Assembly (NCBI GenBank): GCA_938034615.1
Contig: CALHLW010000066.1
Span: 220 to 64,219, forward strand
Source of the DNA: an uncultured Neomegalonema sp.
GTDB lineage: Bacteria; Pseudomonadota; Alphaproteobacteria; Rhodobacterales; Rhodobacteraceae
DNA: 64,000 nucleotides
Direction of reading: 5' to 3'
Both the position numbers and the translations under genes were made by a program. Below are positions 11,600-21,825 of this stretch, piece after piece. How positions within the stretch are numbered: position 1 is the first letter of the stretch; the number at the start of each line of letters is the position of its first letter. Below the pieces are notes generated by a model, which worked only from the letters and a program-made list of their open reading frames with translations, searched no databases and was not told the origin of the DNA.

Positions 11600-12946
11600 A
11601 TGCGTCCCTTTTCCGTTCTGAAGAGCGCTGCTCTTGCCCTGCTTCTGTCCGGCAGCATCGCGGATGCCCAGTCGCGTAGGATCTCTACGATCCGCGATGC
11701 GGAGATAGAGAAGACGCTGGAGCGCATGAGCGCACCGATCTTCCGCTCGGCGGGGCTGCCCGATGGCAGCGTCGAAATCTTCATCATCAACGACCGCACG
11801 CTCAACGCCTTCGTGGTCGGGCGGAACATGGCGTTTCATACCGGCCTGCTGATCGCCATGGACGATCCGAACGAGTTGCTCGGCGTCATCGCCCACGAGA
11901 CCGGCCATATAGCGGGGGGACATGGGGTGCGCTTCGGCCCCGCCGCGAGCGCCTCGCAGGGAACGGCGATCCTGTCTACGATCATCGGAGTCGCGACTAT
12001 CGCCGCCGGGGCGGGGCAGGCGGGTGCCGCGATCCTCGCCGGTGGTCAATCCATTGCCCAGCGTGGTTTCCTCCGCTATACGCGCGGACAGGAGAGTGCC
12101 GCTGATCAGGCCGCGATCACCTATCTGGAGCGGGCCGGAATCGATCCGACGGGCATGGTCGATACATTGCGCCGCCTTCAAGCACAGGAACTCGTATCGG
12201 TCGGCAGCCGGGTCGATCCCTATACGCTTTCGCACCCCCTATCGGGCGAACGTATCCGTGGACTGACCCAACGCGTCAGCAAATCGACCACTCTCGGGCG
12301 CAGTGTGGATGCCGATACGCGCTACTGGTATGACAGAATGCGCTCAAAACTGCGCGGTTTTCTGGTCGCACCAGCGCGAACCCTGCGCGAAGTGCCCGAT
12401 GACGGATCGGAAACCGCCCTGCTCGCCCGTGCCGTGGCGTATCATCGCACGCCCGATCCGCAGGCTGCCCTGCGCACCGTCGATCAACTGATCGCCAAGC
12501 GCCCGAACGACCCCTATTACCATGAGCTCAAAGGTCAGATCCTATTCGAGGGCGGCGCGGCACAGGCCGCAATCCCCGCCTATCGTCGGGCTGCAGCGCT
12601 GGCACCGGATGAGCCGCTGATCCTCGGCTCACTCGGGCACGCGCTTCTCGCACTCGATGATGCAGCCGCAACGACCGAGGCCCGCACGGTGCTTACCGAA
12701 GCGGTTCGCCGCGACCGCTTGAATGCGAGTGCGTGGCGCTGGCTGGCACAAGCGGAGCGGCGTCTTGGCAACGACACGGCGGCCTCCCTTGCTGCCGCTG
12801 AACATCAGATCATGGCAGGGGATGACACGGTAGCTGTGCGCCATGCGAAACAGGTTCAGAATTCCTCACCCTATGGCTCTTCAGCATGGCTACGAGCCGG
12901 AGACATCATCGCCGAAATCGACCGCCGGAAGGCTCTCAAGAAGTAA
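11600..12946 (+). CDS. M48 family metallopeptidase with C-terminal TPR region (BepA-like)
   Basis: Signal peptide, HETGHIAGGH (HExxH) and TPR-like C-terminal half. Confidence 0.8.
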   Translation: MRPFSVLKSAALALLLSGSIADAQSRRISTIRDAEIEKTLERMSAPIFRSAGLPDGSVEIFIINDRTLNAFVVGRNMAFHTGLLIAMDDPNELLGVIAHETGHIAGGHGVRFGPAASASQGTAILSTIIGVATIAAGAGQAGAAILAGGQSIAQRGFLRYTRGQESAADQAAITYLERAGIDPTGMVDTLRRLQAQELVSVGSRVDPYTLSHPLSGERIRGLTQRVSKSTTLGRSVDADTRYWYDRMRSKLRGFLVAPARTLREVPDDGSETALLARAVAYHRTPDPQAALRTVDQLIAKRPNDPYYHELKGQILFEGGAAQAAIPAYRRAAALAPDEPLILGSLGHALLALDDAAATTEARTVLTEAVRRDRLNASAWRWLAQAERRLGNDTAASLAAAEHQIMAGDDTVAVRHAKQVQNSSPYGSSAWLRAGDIIAEIDRRKALKK

Positions 12947-13031
12947 ACTCTGCGGGAAGAAGACGCTTTTTTAATCGCCAGATCGTCACTGGCCATTATA
13001 TGACGACACGGTTGTCGCGAAAGGTTGGAAC

Positions 13032-13889
13032 ATGTACGGACAAATCGGAATGGGTCTTGGCGCGATCGCGCTCGCGGTAAGTGGCTATGTTGCCTACAGC
13101 ACGGGCAACAAGCGCATCAATGTCGAACCTGCGGTCGTTCACGGGGCCTTCACCGACTACCTCGTCGCCAACCCCGATACCGTCGGGAACTCGGTCACGA
13201 GCTATATGGAGGCCAATCCCGGTGCTGCCTCCGCGCCCTCCGGCGATGCGATCCGGGGATATCTGCTCGCCAATCCGGAAGTGATTGTCGAGGCGATGAA
13301 CGCCTATGAAGAGAAGCAGAAAATTGCCGCCGCTGCTGCTGATGGCGAGTTGATAGAGACCAATGCCAAGGAAATCTTCGAGGACGGTTATTCCATCATC
13401 CGGGGCAATCCCGATGGTGATCTGACCGTGGTGGAGTTCTCGGATTACAATTGCGGCTATTGCAAACGGGCGCATACTGAGGTCGAGAAATTCGTGAAGG
13501 CCGACGGCAATATCCGCCTCGTCATCAAGGAGTTTCCGATTCTCGGCGACGGGTCGGTTCTTTCCGCCCGTGCAGCGCTTGCTTCCAGCGCCCAGAAAGA
13601 CGGCGAACTCTATCCCGAGTTCAACGACGCCCTGATGCTCCATCGCGGCTCGCATACCGAAGACACCGTCATGTCCATTGCCGAAAAGGTCGGGCTGGAT
13701 GTCGAAACGCTGAAAAAGGACATGCAGGGCGAGGAAATTCGCGATCAGATCAATCGGACCTACGCCCTCGCCCAGAAACTGAAGATCAACGGTACGCCTG
13801 CCTTCATCATCGGCGATGAGGTCGTGCGTGGCTTCGTCCCCGCCGCCCAGCTCGAAATCTTCGCGGAAAGTGCGCGCGAGGAAGGCTGA
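13032..13889 (+). CDS. DsbA family thiol:disulfide oxidoreductase
   Basis: N-terminal TM anchor and a thioredoxin fold with the CGYC active site (FSDYNCGYCKRAH). Confidence 0.8.
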   Translation: MYGQIGMGLGAIALAVSGYVAYSTGNKRINVEPAVVHGAFTDYLVANPDTVGNSVTSYMEANPGAASAPSGDAIRGYLLANPEVIVEAMNAYEEKQKIAAAAADGELIETNAKEIFEDGYSIIRGNPDGDLTVVEFSDYNCGYCKRAHTEVEKFVKADGNIRLVIKEFPILGDGSVLSARAALASSAQKDGELYPEFNDALMLHRGSHTEDTVMSIAEKVGLDVETLKKDMQGEEIRDQINRTYALAQKLKINGTPAFIIGDEVVRGFVPAAQLEIFAESAREEG

Positions 13890-13913
13890 ATTTCTTCACA
13901 GGCTGAACGATTC

Positions 13914-13945
13914 AAGGCCCCGCCATCGCGCGGGGTCATTTTTTA
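13914..13945 (+). terminator. Rho-independent terminator after the DsbA-family gene
   Basis: GC stem CCCCGC (13918-13923) pairs with GCGGGG (13930-13935), loop of 6 nt, followed by tcATTTTTTa. Confidence 0.65.
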
Positions 13946-15526
13946 TCAATGGCGGAAGTGCCGCATTCCGGTGAAGACCATTGCCAGACCGACTTCGTCG
14001 GCAGCGGCGATCACGTCGTCGTCACGCATCGAGCCTCCCGGCTGGATCACGGCGGTCGCCCCCGCCTCGGCGGCGGTCAGCAAGCCATCGGCAAAGGGGA
14101 AGAATGCGTCGGAGGCGACGACCGACCCAACCACCGGCGACCCGGTTAGTCCTTCGGCGTCAGCGATGTCTCCGGCCTTGCGCGCAGCGATGCGGGTGGA
14201 ATCGACCCGGCTCATCTGCCCCGCGCCGATGCCAATGGTCGCGCGATCCTTGGCGTAGACGATGGCGTTCGATTTAACATGCTTGGCCACGCGCCATGCG
14301 AACATCATGTCAGAGAGTTCCGTCTCGGTCGGCGCGCGTTTGGTAACGCAGCGCAGGTCGCCAGCGGCAACCTGACCGTTATCGCGATCCTGAACGAGCA
14401 ATCCTCCGGCAACCGGCTTTACGAGCCTTCCCGATGAAAGCGGATCGGCCAGCCCACCCGTCAGCATCAGGCGCAGATTCTTCTTCTCCGCGAAGATGGC
14501 ACGGGCATCGGCATCAGCATCAGGGGCAATCACGACCTCGGTGAAGATTTTTACGATCTCGGCTGCCGTTTCTCCGTCGAGCGCTGCATTGAGGGCAACG
14601 ATGCCGCCAAAAGCGGAGGTCGTATCGGTCCGGTAGGCATGGCGATAAGCGTCAATCAAAGTTCCGCGTGTGGCAACGCCGCAGGGATTGGCGTGCTTGA
14701 TGATCGCGCAGGTCACATCGGTTTCGGGCACGAATTCCGATACCAGCTCAAAGGCCGCATCGGCATCGGCGATGTTGTTATAGCTGAGCGCCTTACCTTG
14801 CAGCAGTGACGCCGTTGCGACGCCGGAGCGCAGATCGCCCGTCGTGTAGAAGGCCGCCGATTGATGCGGGTTCTCGCCGTAGCGCAGGGATTGCCGCAGC
14901 GTCCCGGCCTGCGCCACACGCCTCGGCGTTGTGTCATCCAATTGCACCGCATACCAGGACGCGATGGCCGCATCATAGGCGGCGGTGCGGGCATAGGCGC
15001 GCGCGGCAAGGGCTTTGCGGCCGTCGGCCTCGAAGCCCCCCGCTGCGACAGCGTCCAACACCTCGGTGTAATCTTCGGTATCGACCACCACAGCGGTATG
15101 CTGCCAGTTCTTCGCTCCAGCTCGGATCATTGCAGGGCCACCGATGTCGATATTCTCGACACAAGCCGCAAAATCGCCGCCTCCCGCCACCGTCTGCTCG
15201 AACGGATAGAGCGTAACGACCAGCAGATCGATCCCGAGGATGCCATGCGCCTCCATGGATTCGGCATGGCTCGGGACGTCCCGGAGGGCCAGCAACCCGC
15301 CATGAACCGCCGGATGCAGGGTCTTCACCCGCCCATCCATCATCTCGGGGTAGCCGGTCAACTCGGCCACATCAAGCACGGGCAACCCTGCCTCGGCAAT
15401 GGCCTTCGCCGTCCCCCCCGTCGAGACGAGTTCAACACCCTGATCATGCAGCGCACGGGCGAAATCGGTCAGTCCAGTCTTGTTGGAAACAGAGAGCAGC
15501 GCACGGCGCACGGGTTGACGGGTCAT
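13946..15526 (-). CDS. purH: Bifunctional AICAR transformylase / IMP cyclohydrolase
   Basis: 526 aa. Shows [21 protein letters not shown], and a C-terminus ending FTGMRHFRH. Confidence 0.97.
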   Translation of the reverse strand: MTRQPVRRALLSVSNKTGLTDFARALHDQGVELVSTGGTAKAIAEAGLPVLDVAELTGYPEMMDGRVKTLHPAVHGGLLALRDVPSHAESMEAHGILGIDLLVVTLYPFEQTVAGGGDFAACVENIDIGGPAMIRAGAKNWQHTAVVVDTEDYTEVLDAVAAGGFEADGRKALAARAYARTAAYDAAIASWYAVQLDDTTPRRVAQAGTLRQSLRYGENPHQSAAFYTTGDLRSGVATASLLQGKALSYNNIADADAAFELVSEFVPETDVTCAIIKHANPCGVATRGTLIDAYRHAYRTDTTSAFGGIVALNAALDGETAAEIVKIFTEVVIAPDADADARAIFAEKKNLRLMLTGGLADPLSSGRLVKPVAGGLLVQDRDNGQVAAGDLRCVTKRAPTETELSDMMFAWRVAKHVKSNAIVYAKDRATIGIGAGQMSRVDSTRIAARKAGDIADAEGLTGSPVVGSVVASDAFFPFADGLLTAAEAGATAVIQPGGSMRDDDVIAAADEVGLAMVFTGMRHFRH

Positions 15527-17343
15527 ACGTCGTCAGTCTCCTCATTCGGAACGATCACCCGCCCGCTCATCCGTTTCAAGGCCCAGCGGACCTGTCCTTC
15601 AGTATCACGCAGGGCGCTTTCGATCACGATCTGCTTGCAAGGGATCGGGGCACTCGGGCCGGGGATATAGACGCTGTCCTCGACCGTGAGTTTTCCGCCC
15701 GACTGCATCATCTGCCACGTCTCGCCATCGGCAAGTGTCAAGCGCGCCTTGCCATCCGAGATCGCGACCGCAACGTCAGGATGAAGATGAAAGCGGATCG
15801 CGAATTGGGGACCGTCGGGGCTTTTTCGTTTTGCGCGGGAGCGTTCGAGTACCCGTGCGCCGCCCTTGGCGAGGGTCAGCGTGTCCTCGCCCCGGAAATC
15901 CACACCATCCGCGTCAAGAAAGAGCCGCCGATAATGGATCAGTCCGTGCCGCCCGGCATAGCCATCATGCGCCGCGAGCGCCCAGACGCCGCTGTCGTCA
16001 CGCTGGCTCTGGCTGTCCACGATCCGCGCACAACGACCGAGCCGCCGGAACGGAGCGTTCGGTTTGCCTTCGAACTCGCAGGGCGAGCGATCGGCAACCG
16101 TCAGCGTCGAATGGGCCGCTGAGGCACGGCATGGCCCTTCCCAATCGGCAGAAAGATGCGCGCCAGAACCACAATTTACGAGAATCCGTTGATTTCCCGA
16201 TGCGAACGAGAGCGCCAATGGCGCGGCGTGGGACCGGCGGGCATGAACGCCCTCGGCAGGCGCTCCCGCATCGAGCAACGCAGTAATGCCTCCTGCCGAC
16301 AGGCGCAAATAGCCGGTCTCGCCAGTGCTTTCCGGGGCGGGTCGCGTATCGTCCGACTCGACGAGGACGAGATTGACCAGCGCCTCGTCTTCCTCGCGCC
16401 CCCCATGGAACATGGCCAGACCGCCTTTGCCAAGGCGCAGCATCCGCAGAATCGGCACGCTCCGTTCGATCACGGGGGTCAGTGTCCCGGCGAGCGCACC
16501 CTCCCCCGCCGCTTTGACGTCTTCGCGCAACTGCACGAGGGCATGGAGCGCATGCAACAAGTCAGAAGGATTGCGGCTGACCGGCTCGCCATCCTTCGAG
16601 AAACAGGCTTTCGCTGCCGACAGAACGCTCGCGACGCCCGGTTTTAGCATGGCGCTCTCACCGGAAACGCATAGGCCGGCATAGGCGATCCCAAGTGCTG
16701 CGCGGAGGCGATCAAGGGGCATCGCTTCGGTGGGTGCCGTTTTTTGGAGGTAGCGACCCTGAGCGGCGAGCGAGCGAAAGAAATCGCTACGATAGACTGG
16801 CTCGGCATTCTCGGTCAGCAGATTGGCACTCTGGCACCATGAGACCACCCGGTCCCCGACGACGGGGGGGCGCCATGCGACGCCGCCCGACTTGCCGTGG
16901 CGATGCAGCCATCCGTCCGTCATCTTGCGCACAGCCTTGCGGGCCGTATCACCATCGGAAGCGCGGAAATGTTCCAACCAACCGAAACCGTGCAGAGTCT
17001 CGGTCCAAGCCACGGAGGGCGCATCGGCGCGCCAAGGGTCGCCACGCTCGATCCGCGCCGATGCACCGGCAAAAGCGAATTGGCCCCGCAGTAAGGCAGC
17101 GGCGGTCTCCGGAGAGCCAACGGTCAGGCAGTCCGGCTTGAAAGAGAAGCTGTCCGGCACCGACCCACGCGCTGTTAAGCGCCGCGTTATCCCGGCCTTC
17201 CATCCATCACGCAGACGCGAAACTGTCCGTCGAGACAGCCTGCCCGCGTGTCTGGGATCGTCCATCCCCTGCGGCATCGTTGGCCGCCTCTCTGCTCTGT
17301 TTGCCCTGTTACCGAAATTAAGGTTTTCCCGTCGCTTTGTCAC
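15523..17343 (-). CDS. Heparinase II/III family protein
   Basis: About 600 aa. Recognised by family resemblance and by its position directly upstream of purH (ATGA overlap), a synteny I recall from Alphaproteobacteria. The start is uncertain; an internal ATG at 17277 is possible. Confidence 0.6.
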   Translation of the reverse strand: MTKRRENLNFGNRANRAERRPTMPQGMDDPRHAGRLSRRTVSRLRDGWKAGITRRLTARGSVPDSFSFKPDCLTVGSPETAAALLRGQFAFAGASARIERGDPWRADAPSVAWTETLHGFGWLEHFRASDGDTARKAVRKMTDGWLHRHGKSGGVAWRPPVVGDRVVSWCQSANLLTENAEPVYRSDFFRSLAAQGRYLQKTAPTEAMPLDRLRAALGIAYAGLCVSGESAMLKPGVASVLSAAKACFSKDGEPVSRNPSDLLHALHALVQLREDVKAAGEGALAGTLTPVIERSVPILRMLRLGKGGLAMFHGGREEDEALVNLVLVESDDTRPAPESTGETGYLRLSAGGITALLDAGAPAEGVHARRSHAAPLALSFASGNQRILVNCGSGAHLSADWEGPCRASAAHSTLTVADRSPCEFEGKPNAPFRRLGRCARIVDSQSQRDDSGVWALAAHDGYAGRHGLIHYRRLFLDADGVDFRGEDTLTLAKGGARVLERSRAKRKSPDGPQFAIRFHLHPDVAVAISDGKARLTLADGETWQMMQSGGKLTVEDSVYIPGPSAPIPCKQIVIESALRDTEGQVRWALKRMSGRVIVPNEETDDV

Positions 17344-17387
17344 GCGCTTCGGTCAGACATGCCAAAATGGGACGGGGTGGTCGATGC

Positions 17388-18518
17388 TTACGCGAGCGGT
17401 TCGATATCGCCGGACAGCCGTTCCTCGTCGAACCGCGCCGCAAACCCGGTAAAATCGCCAGTGGCGATAGCATCTCGCAAACCCTGCATGAGCCGCTGAT
17501 AATAGCGCAGATTATGCCACGTCAGCAGCATCGACGCGATGATCTCCTGCGAGCGATGAACATGGTGCAAGTAGGCGCGGCTGTAATCGGTGCAGCACGG
17601 GCAGTCGCAGGTGGCATCCAGCGGGCGAGGATCGTCAGCATGGCGGGCATTGCGGATATTGACCGGGCCGCGTGGCGTAAAACCTTGCCCCGTCCGGCCC
17701 GATCTGCTCGGCATCACACAGTCGAACATATCGATCCCCCGTGCAACCGCGCCGACGATATCCTCCGGCTTACCGACCCCCATGAGATAGCGGGGGCGAT
17801 CCTCCGGCAGATGTCCGACGCAATGGTCGAGGGTCGAAAACATGAGGTCTTGGCCCTCCCCCACCGCCAACCCACCGACCGCATACCCGTCGAATCCGAT
17901 CTCCCTCAGCGCCGCCGCACTCTCGGCCCGCAGGTCTTCGTGGACGCCGCCCTGCTGGATGCCGAAGAGTGCATGGCCGGGGCGCTCACCGAAGGCTGCA
18001 CGCGATCTTTCGGCCCAGCGCATGGAGAGCTGCATCGAGGTCGCCGCCTCATCGCGGGTGCAGGGAAATGGGGTACATTCGTCAAAGCTCATCACGATAT
18101 CCGAGCCAAGCTGGCGCTGGATTTCCATTGAGGTTTCAGGACTGAGCAGATGCTTCGAGCCGTCGATATGCGACTGGAACGTCACGCCCTCCTCGGTCAG
18201 CTTGCGTAGTTTCGCGAGCGACATGACCTGAAACCCGCCCGAATCGGTGAGGATCGGCCGCTCCCAGTTCATAAAGCCGTGCAGGCCGCCCAATCGCTCG
18301 ATCCTCGGCGCACCAGGGCGCAGCATCAGGTGATAAGTGTTCCCGAGTAGGATATCCGCCCCCGTCTCGCGCACCGACCCCGGCAACATCGCCTTGACAG
18401 TCGCAGCGGTCCCCACGGGCATGAAAGCGGGTGTGCGGATATTTCCACGCGGCGTGGACAGAACGCCCGTGCGGGCCTTGCCCTCGGTAGCATGGAGCGA
18501 GAAACGGATATCGGTCAT
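17388..18518 (-). CDS. tgt: tRNA-guanine transglycosylase (queuine tRNA-ribosyltransferase)
   Basis: 376 aa. Shows [23 protein letters not shown] and the zinc site CDCPCC...H. Confidence 0.95.
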   Translation of the reverse strand: MTDIRFSLHATEGKARTGVLSTPRGNIRTPAFMPVGTAATVKAMLPGSVRETGADILLGNTYHLMLRPGAPRIERLGGLHGFMNWERPILTDSGGFQVMSLAKLRKLTEEGVTFQSHIDGSKHLLSPETSMEIQRQLGSDIVMSFDECTPFPCTRDEAATSMQLSMRWAERSRAAFGERPGHALFGIQQGGVHEDLRAESAAALREIGFDGYAVGGLAVGEGQDLMFSTLDHCVGHLPEDRPRYLMGVGKPEDIVGAVARGIDMFDCVMPSRSGRTGQGFTPRGPVNIRNARHADDPRPLDATCDCPCCTDYSRAYLHHVHRSQEIIASMLLTWHNLRYYQRLMQGLRDAIATGDFTGFAARFDEERLSGDIEPLA

Positions 18519-19081
18519 CCGTTTGCGCTGAGCCAGTCGAGCACGTCCTGCGCCGCACGATCCGGCGGGAAGACAGGGTAGAAGACCTTCCTCACGAAGC
18601 TGTCCTCGATCATCAGCGTCATGCGCTTGAAATAGGTTGAGTCGCCGATGGTGAAGCGTGGCAAGCCCATGTCGCCCGCGAATAACAGGCTATGGTCGCT
18701 GAGCAGTGGATATGGCAAATGCAGCCTCTCCACCGCCTCCTTCTGGTCTTCGACCGTCTGGGTCGACAGGCCGAAGATGCGGCCAACACCGGCTTTCGTC
18801 AGATCCTCATGCAGATCGCGGAAGGCGCAGGCTTGCGGGGTGCAGCCGCGTGCGCCGGGGATATCGTTCCATCCTTCGGGAAGATCCGCTCCAGGCGTAC
18901 CGGTCATCGGATATACAAAAACGACGGTGCGACCGGGGGCGGAAAGGTCGATATTCGTGTCGTCGGTCGCGGGCAGGGGCATTGACGGCACGGCAAATCC
19001 TTCGACACGCCTGCCGGCACCGTCGTCTTCGGGTTGAGGCAGCGTATTCCAATCCACATTCGTCAAGCTGTCGTTTGCCAT
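18515..19081 (-). CDS. Peroxiredoxin (AhpC/TSA-redoxin family, Bcp-like)
   Basis: 188 aa. [11 protein letters not shown] peroxidatic Cys context, then [26 protein letters not shown]. Overlaps the tgt start by 4 nt. Confidence 0.75.
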   Translation of the reverse strand: MANDSLTNVDWNTLPQPEDDGAGRRVEGFAVPSMPLPATDDTNIDLSAPGRTVVFVYPMTGTPGADLPEGWNDIPGARGCTPQACAFRDLHEDLTKAGVGRIFGLSTQTVEDQKEAVERLHLPYPLLSDHSLLFAGDMGLPRFTIGDSTYFKRMTLMIEDSFVRKVFYPVFPPDRAAQDVLDWLSANG

Positions 19082-19154
19082 AGTGTCACCCTTCCGCTCG
19101 CCGCTTCACCACCCTATATGGAGCATCGTTGAAAACTTGAAACGGGAATCGACC

Positions 19155-19478
19155 ATGGCCAGCATGAAGGATCGCGAAAAGGCGTTCGAGAGCAAATTCG
19201 CCCATGATGCGGAAATGAACTTCAAAGCCGAGGCGCGTCGCAATCGCCTCCTCGCCGCATGGGTCGGCGAAAAGTTGGGTATGAACGACGACGACATGAA
19301 GGCTTATGCCGGAACGCTCATCGCCGCCGACATGGAGGAAGCGGGCGACGACGATGTGATTAACCGTATCATGGCGGATGCGGACGAACGCAAAGTGACG
19401 CTGGACCGCGATGAACTGAAGGCAAAATCCGCCGAGTTCCTGACGGAGACCCGTGCTGCGTTGATGGACGAAGCCTGA
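19155..19478 (+). CDS. DUF1476 protein (zeta-subunit-type inhibitor of F1Fo-ATPase)
   Basis: 107 aa. MASMKDREKAFESKFAHDAEMNFKAEARRNRLLAAWVGEKLG... closely parallels the Paracoccus zeta subunit N-terminus as I remember it. Confidence 0.8.
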   Translation: MASMKDREKAFESKFAHDAEMNFKAEARRNRLLAAWVGEKLGMNDDDMKAYAGTLIAADMEEAGDDDVINRIMADADERKVTLDRDELKAKSAEFLTETRAALMDEA

Positions 19479-19481
19479 CGC

Positions 19482-19649
19482 TTGCGCCGCAAGGCCGATC
19501 TGCCCACGAAACCCTGCGCGACCTGCGGGCGACCTTTCGCATGGAGGAAGAAATGGGCCGAAGTCTGGGACGAGGTCAAATACTGCTCGGAGCGGTGCCG
19601 CCGCGAGCGGAACCGGAAACCGCGCGATGACGGCAAAAAAGCTTCGTAA
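19482..19649 (+). CDS. DUF2256 zinc-ribbon small protein (TTG start, 55 aa)
   Basis: Own translation: (M)RRKADLPTKPCATCGRPFAWRKKWAEVWDEVKYCSERCRRERNRKPRDDGKKAS. It has the CxxC...CxxxC signature. Starts 3 nt after the zeta stop and overlaps the photolyase ATG by 23 nt. Absent from the ORF track. Confidence 0.65.
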   Translation: MRRKADLPTKPCATCGRPFAWRKKWAEVWDEVKYCSERCRRERNRKPRDDGKKAS

Positions 19650-21165
19650 TCTTGTCGTGATCTGTGGCGACCAGCTTGACCATGACAGCGCCGCGCTCGA
19701 CGGCTTCGACCCCGAGCGCGACGCGATTGTGATGACAGAGGCGGCAGAAGAAGCCACGTATGTCTGGCAGTCGAAGCGCCGAATCGCCCTCTTCTTCGCT
19801 GCCATGCGCCATTTTCGCGATGCGCAACGCAAGGCCGGGCGCACTGTCCTCTACACTGCATTGGATGACGAAAAACCGCCTGAGAGCCTCGCAGGTGGCC
19901 TGAAAACTGCTGTCGCGCAACACGATCCCGAACGGGTCGTGATGGGCCAACCGGGCGACTGGCGGGTGCAGGAGGCGCTGGAGGGCGCTGCGGGCGAGAC
20001 CGGCGTTCCGCTCACGATTCTCGAAGACCGGCATTTCTTTGCGACCATCGGTGATTTCGAAGAATTCTCCGACGGTCGCAAACGTTTCATCATGGAAGAT
20101 TTCTACCGGATGATGCGCAAGCGGACCGGCCTGCTGATGCAGGACGATAAACCGTCTGGTGGCGCATGGAACTATGACAAGGACAACCGAAAGGCCTTCG
20201 GCAAGAACGGCCCCGGCCTGATCGCACCCCGCGCGCACTATCAACCCGATCCCGTGACACTCGATGTATTACGTCTCGTCGAGAAGCGGTTCGCAGATGC
20301 ACCGGGAACGCTGGAAGATTTTGGCGAGCCAGTCACCCGCGAGGATGCGCTTCATGCGCTCGATGATTTCATCGCCAATCGGCTCCGTGATTTCGGGACG
20401 CACCAGGATGCGATGTGGGACGGTTCGTCAACGTTGAACCATTCGCGCATCTCAGCGGTGATCAATCTCAAGCTCATCGACCCAAGGGAGGTTTGTGACG
20501 CGGCCATTGCTGCTTATGAAGCCGGGGCAGCCCCGCTGAACGCCGTCGAGGGGTTCGTGCGGCAAATCCTCGGGTGGCGGGAATGGGTGCGTGGTCTCTA
20601 CTGGACGCGGATGCCGGAATATGCCGGGCTGAACGCGCTGGAAGCGGATCGTGACATTCCCGATTTCTTCTGGACCGGCGAGACGGACATGGCCTGCCTG
20701 CGCGACATGCTCACGCGGTTGCTCCGCACAGGCTACGCCCACCATATCGAGCGGCTGATGGGTATGGGACTGTACCTGATGATGGTCGGCGCGCGGCCCT
20801 ATGCCGCGCATGACTGGCATATGGGCCTTTATCTCGATGCGATCGATTGGGTCTCGTTGCCTAACATGCTCGGCATGAGCCAGCATGGAGACGGGGGGAT
20901 CGTCGGGACCAAACCCTATTGCGCCTCAGGTGCTTACATCGACCGGATGAGTAATTATTGTAGCGGCTGCCGTTTCGATCCGAAACAGTCAACCGGCGAG
21001 CGTGCCTGCCCTTTTACCACGCTTTACTGGGATTTTCTGGCCCGGCACGAGGAACGGTTTTCAGGCAATCGACGCATGGCATTACAGATGAAGAATCTGC
21101 ATCGAAAGGATGCGGACGAACTGCGCACAATCCGCGCACAGGCTGAAAAACTTTGTGAAAACTGA
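19627..21165 (+). CDS. Cryptochrome/photolyase family protein, FeS-BCP (CryB/PhrB-like, probable (6-4) photolyase)
   Basis: 512 aa. N-terminus is LVVICGDQLD...YVWQSKRRIALFFAAMRHF. C-terminal Cys cluster CASGAYIDRMSNYCSGCRF...ACPFTTLYWDF is consistent with a 4Fe-4S site. Confidence 0.85.
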   Translation: MTAKKLRNLVVICGDQLDHDSAALDGFDPERDAIVMTEAAEEATYVWQSKRRIALFFAAMRHFRDAQRKAGRTVLYTALDDEKPPESLAGGLKTAVAQHDPERVVMGQPGDWRVQEALEGAAGETGVPLTILEDRHFFATIGDFEEFSDGRKRFIMEDFYRMMRKRTGLLMQDDKPSGGAWNYDKDNRKAFGKNGPGLIAPRAHYQPDPVTLDVLRLVEKRFADAPGTLEDFGEPVTREDALHALDDFIANRLRDFGTHQDAMWDGSSTLNHSRISAVINLKLIDPREVCDAAIAAYEAGAAPLNAVEGFVRQILGWREWVRGLYWTRMPEYAGLNALEADRDIPDFFWTGETDMACLRDMLTRLLRTGYAHHIERLMGMGLYLMMVGARPYAAHDWHMGLYLDAIDWVSLPNMLGMSQHGDGGIVGTKPYCASGAYIDRMSNYCSGCRFDPKQSTGERACPFTTLYWDFLARHEERFSGNRRMALQMKNLHRKDADELRTIRAQAEKLCEN

Positions 21166-21345
21166 TTCTTGGATGCGATAAAGGCAACATCAAGAAGTCA
21201 AGCATACATCATATGACAAACGCCTGATTCCATGGGCAAAACATTAAAACGAGCGTGACTCCGGCTTCGGTTCAGGGTATGTGGCGCATGTCTTGAAGAC
21301 GTGAATGATGATCGCGAAAAGCGACGCTTCCAGGGAGATATACGG

Positions 21346-21768
21346 ATGGACGGAATGGACATTGATCTACAGGAATATGTTCCCCACGCAGCCGAAGACT
21401 TCATGAATGAGCGACAGAAAGAGTTCTTTCGAATGCGTCTCATGGAGTGGAAAAACGACATTTTACGCGAGTCTCAGGAGACTGTCTCAACGCTCCAGAA
21501 CGATACGCGCAGCGTTCCCGATGTTGCAGATCGAGCGTCGGAGGAGACGGACCGCGCGATTGAACTGCGCACCCGTGACCGCCAGCGCAAGTTGATCTGC
21601 AAGATCGATTCGGCCCTGCGTCGCATCGACGAGGGCGAATACGGGTATTGCGAACATACCGGCGACCCGATCAATCTGAAGCGCCTGATGGCCCGCCCGA
21701 CCGCGACCCTGTCGCTGGAAGCGCAGGAGTCGCACGAGCGTAAGGAAAAGGTCTATCGCGAAGAGTGA
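21346..21768 (+). CDS. dksA: RNA polymerase-binding transcription factor DksA
   Basis: 140 aa. DVADRASEETDRAIELRTRDRQRKL coiled-coil tip with DxxDxA, then EGEYGYCEHTGDPI. Only one Cys, so the Cys4 zinc finger is absent, as reported for some alphaproteobacterial DksA. GGGAGA lies upstream of ATG 21346. Confidence 0.85.
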   Translation: MDGMDIDLQEYVPHAAEDFMNERQKEFFRMRLMEWKNDILRESQETVSTLQNDTRSVPDVADRASEETDRAIELRTRDRQRKLICKIDSALRRIDEGEYGYCEHTGDPINLKRLMARPTATLSLEAQESHERKEKVYREE

Positions 21769-21825
21769 TCCTGTGTGACAAGCGGGGCGGTCTACGATTT
21801 CCGCCCCGCAACACGGACACCGCGC

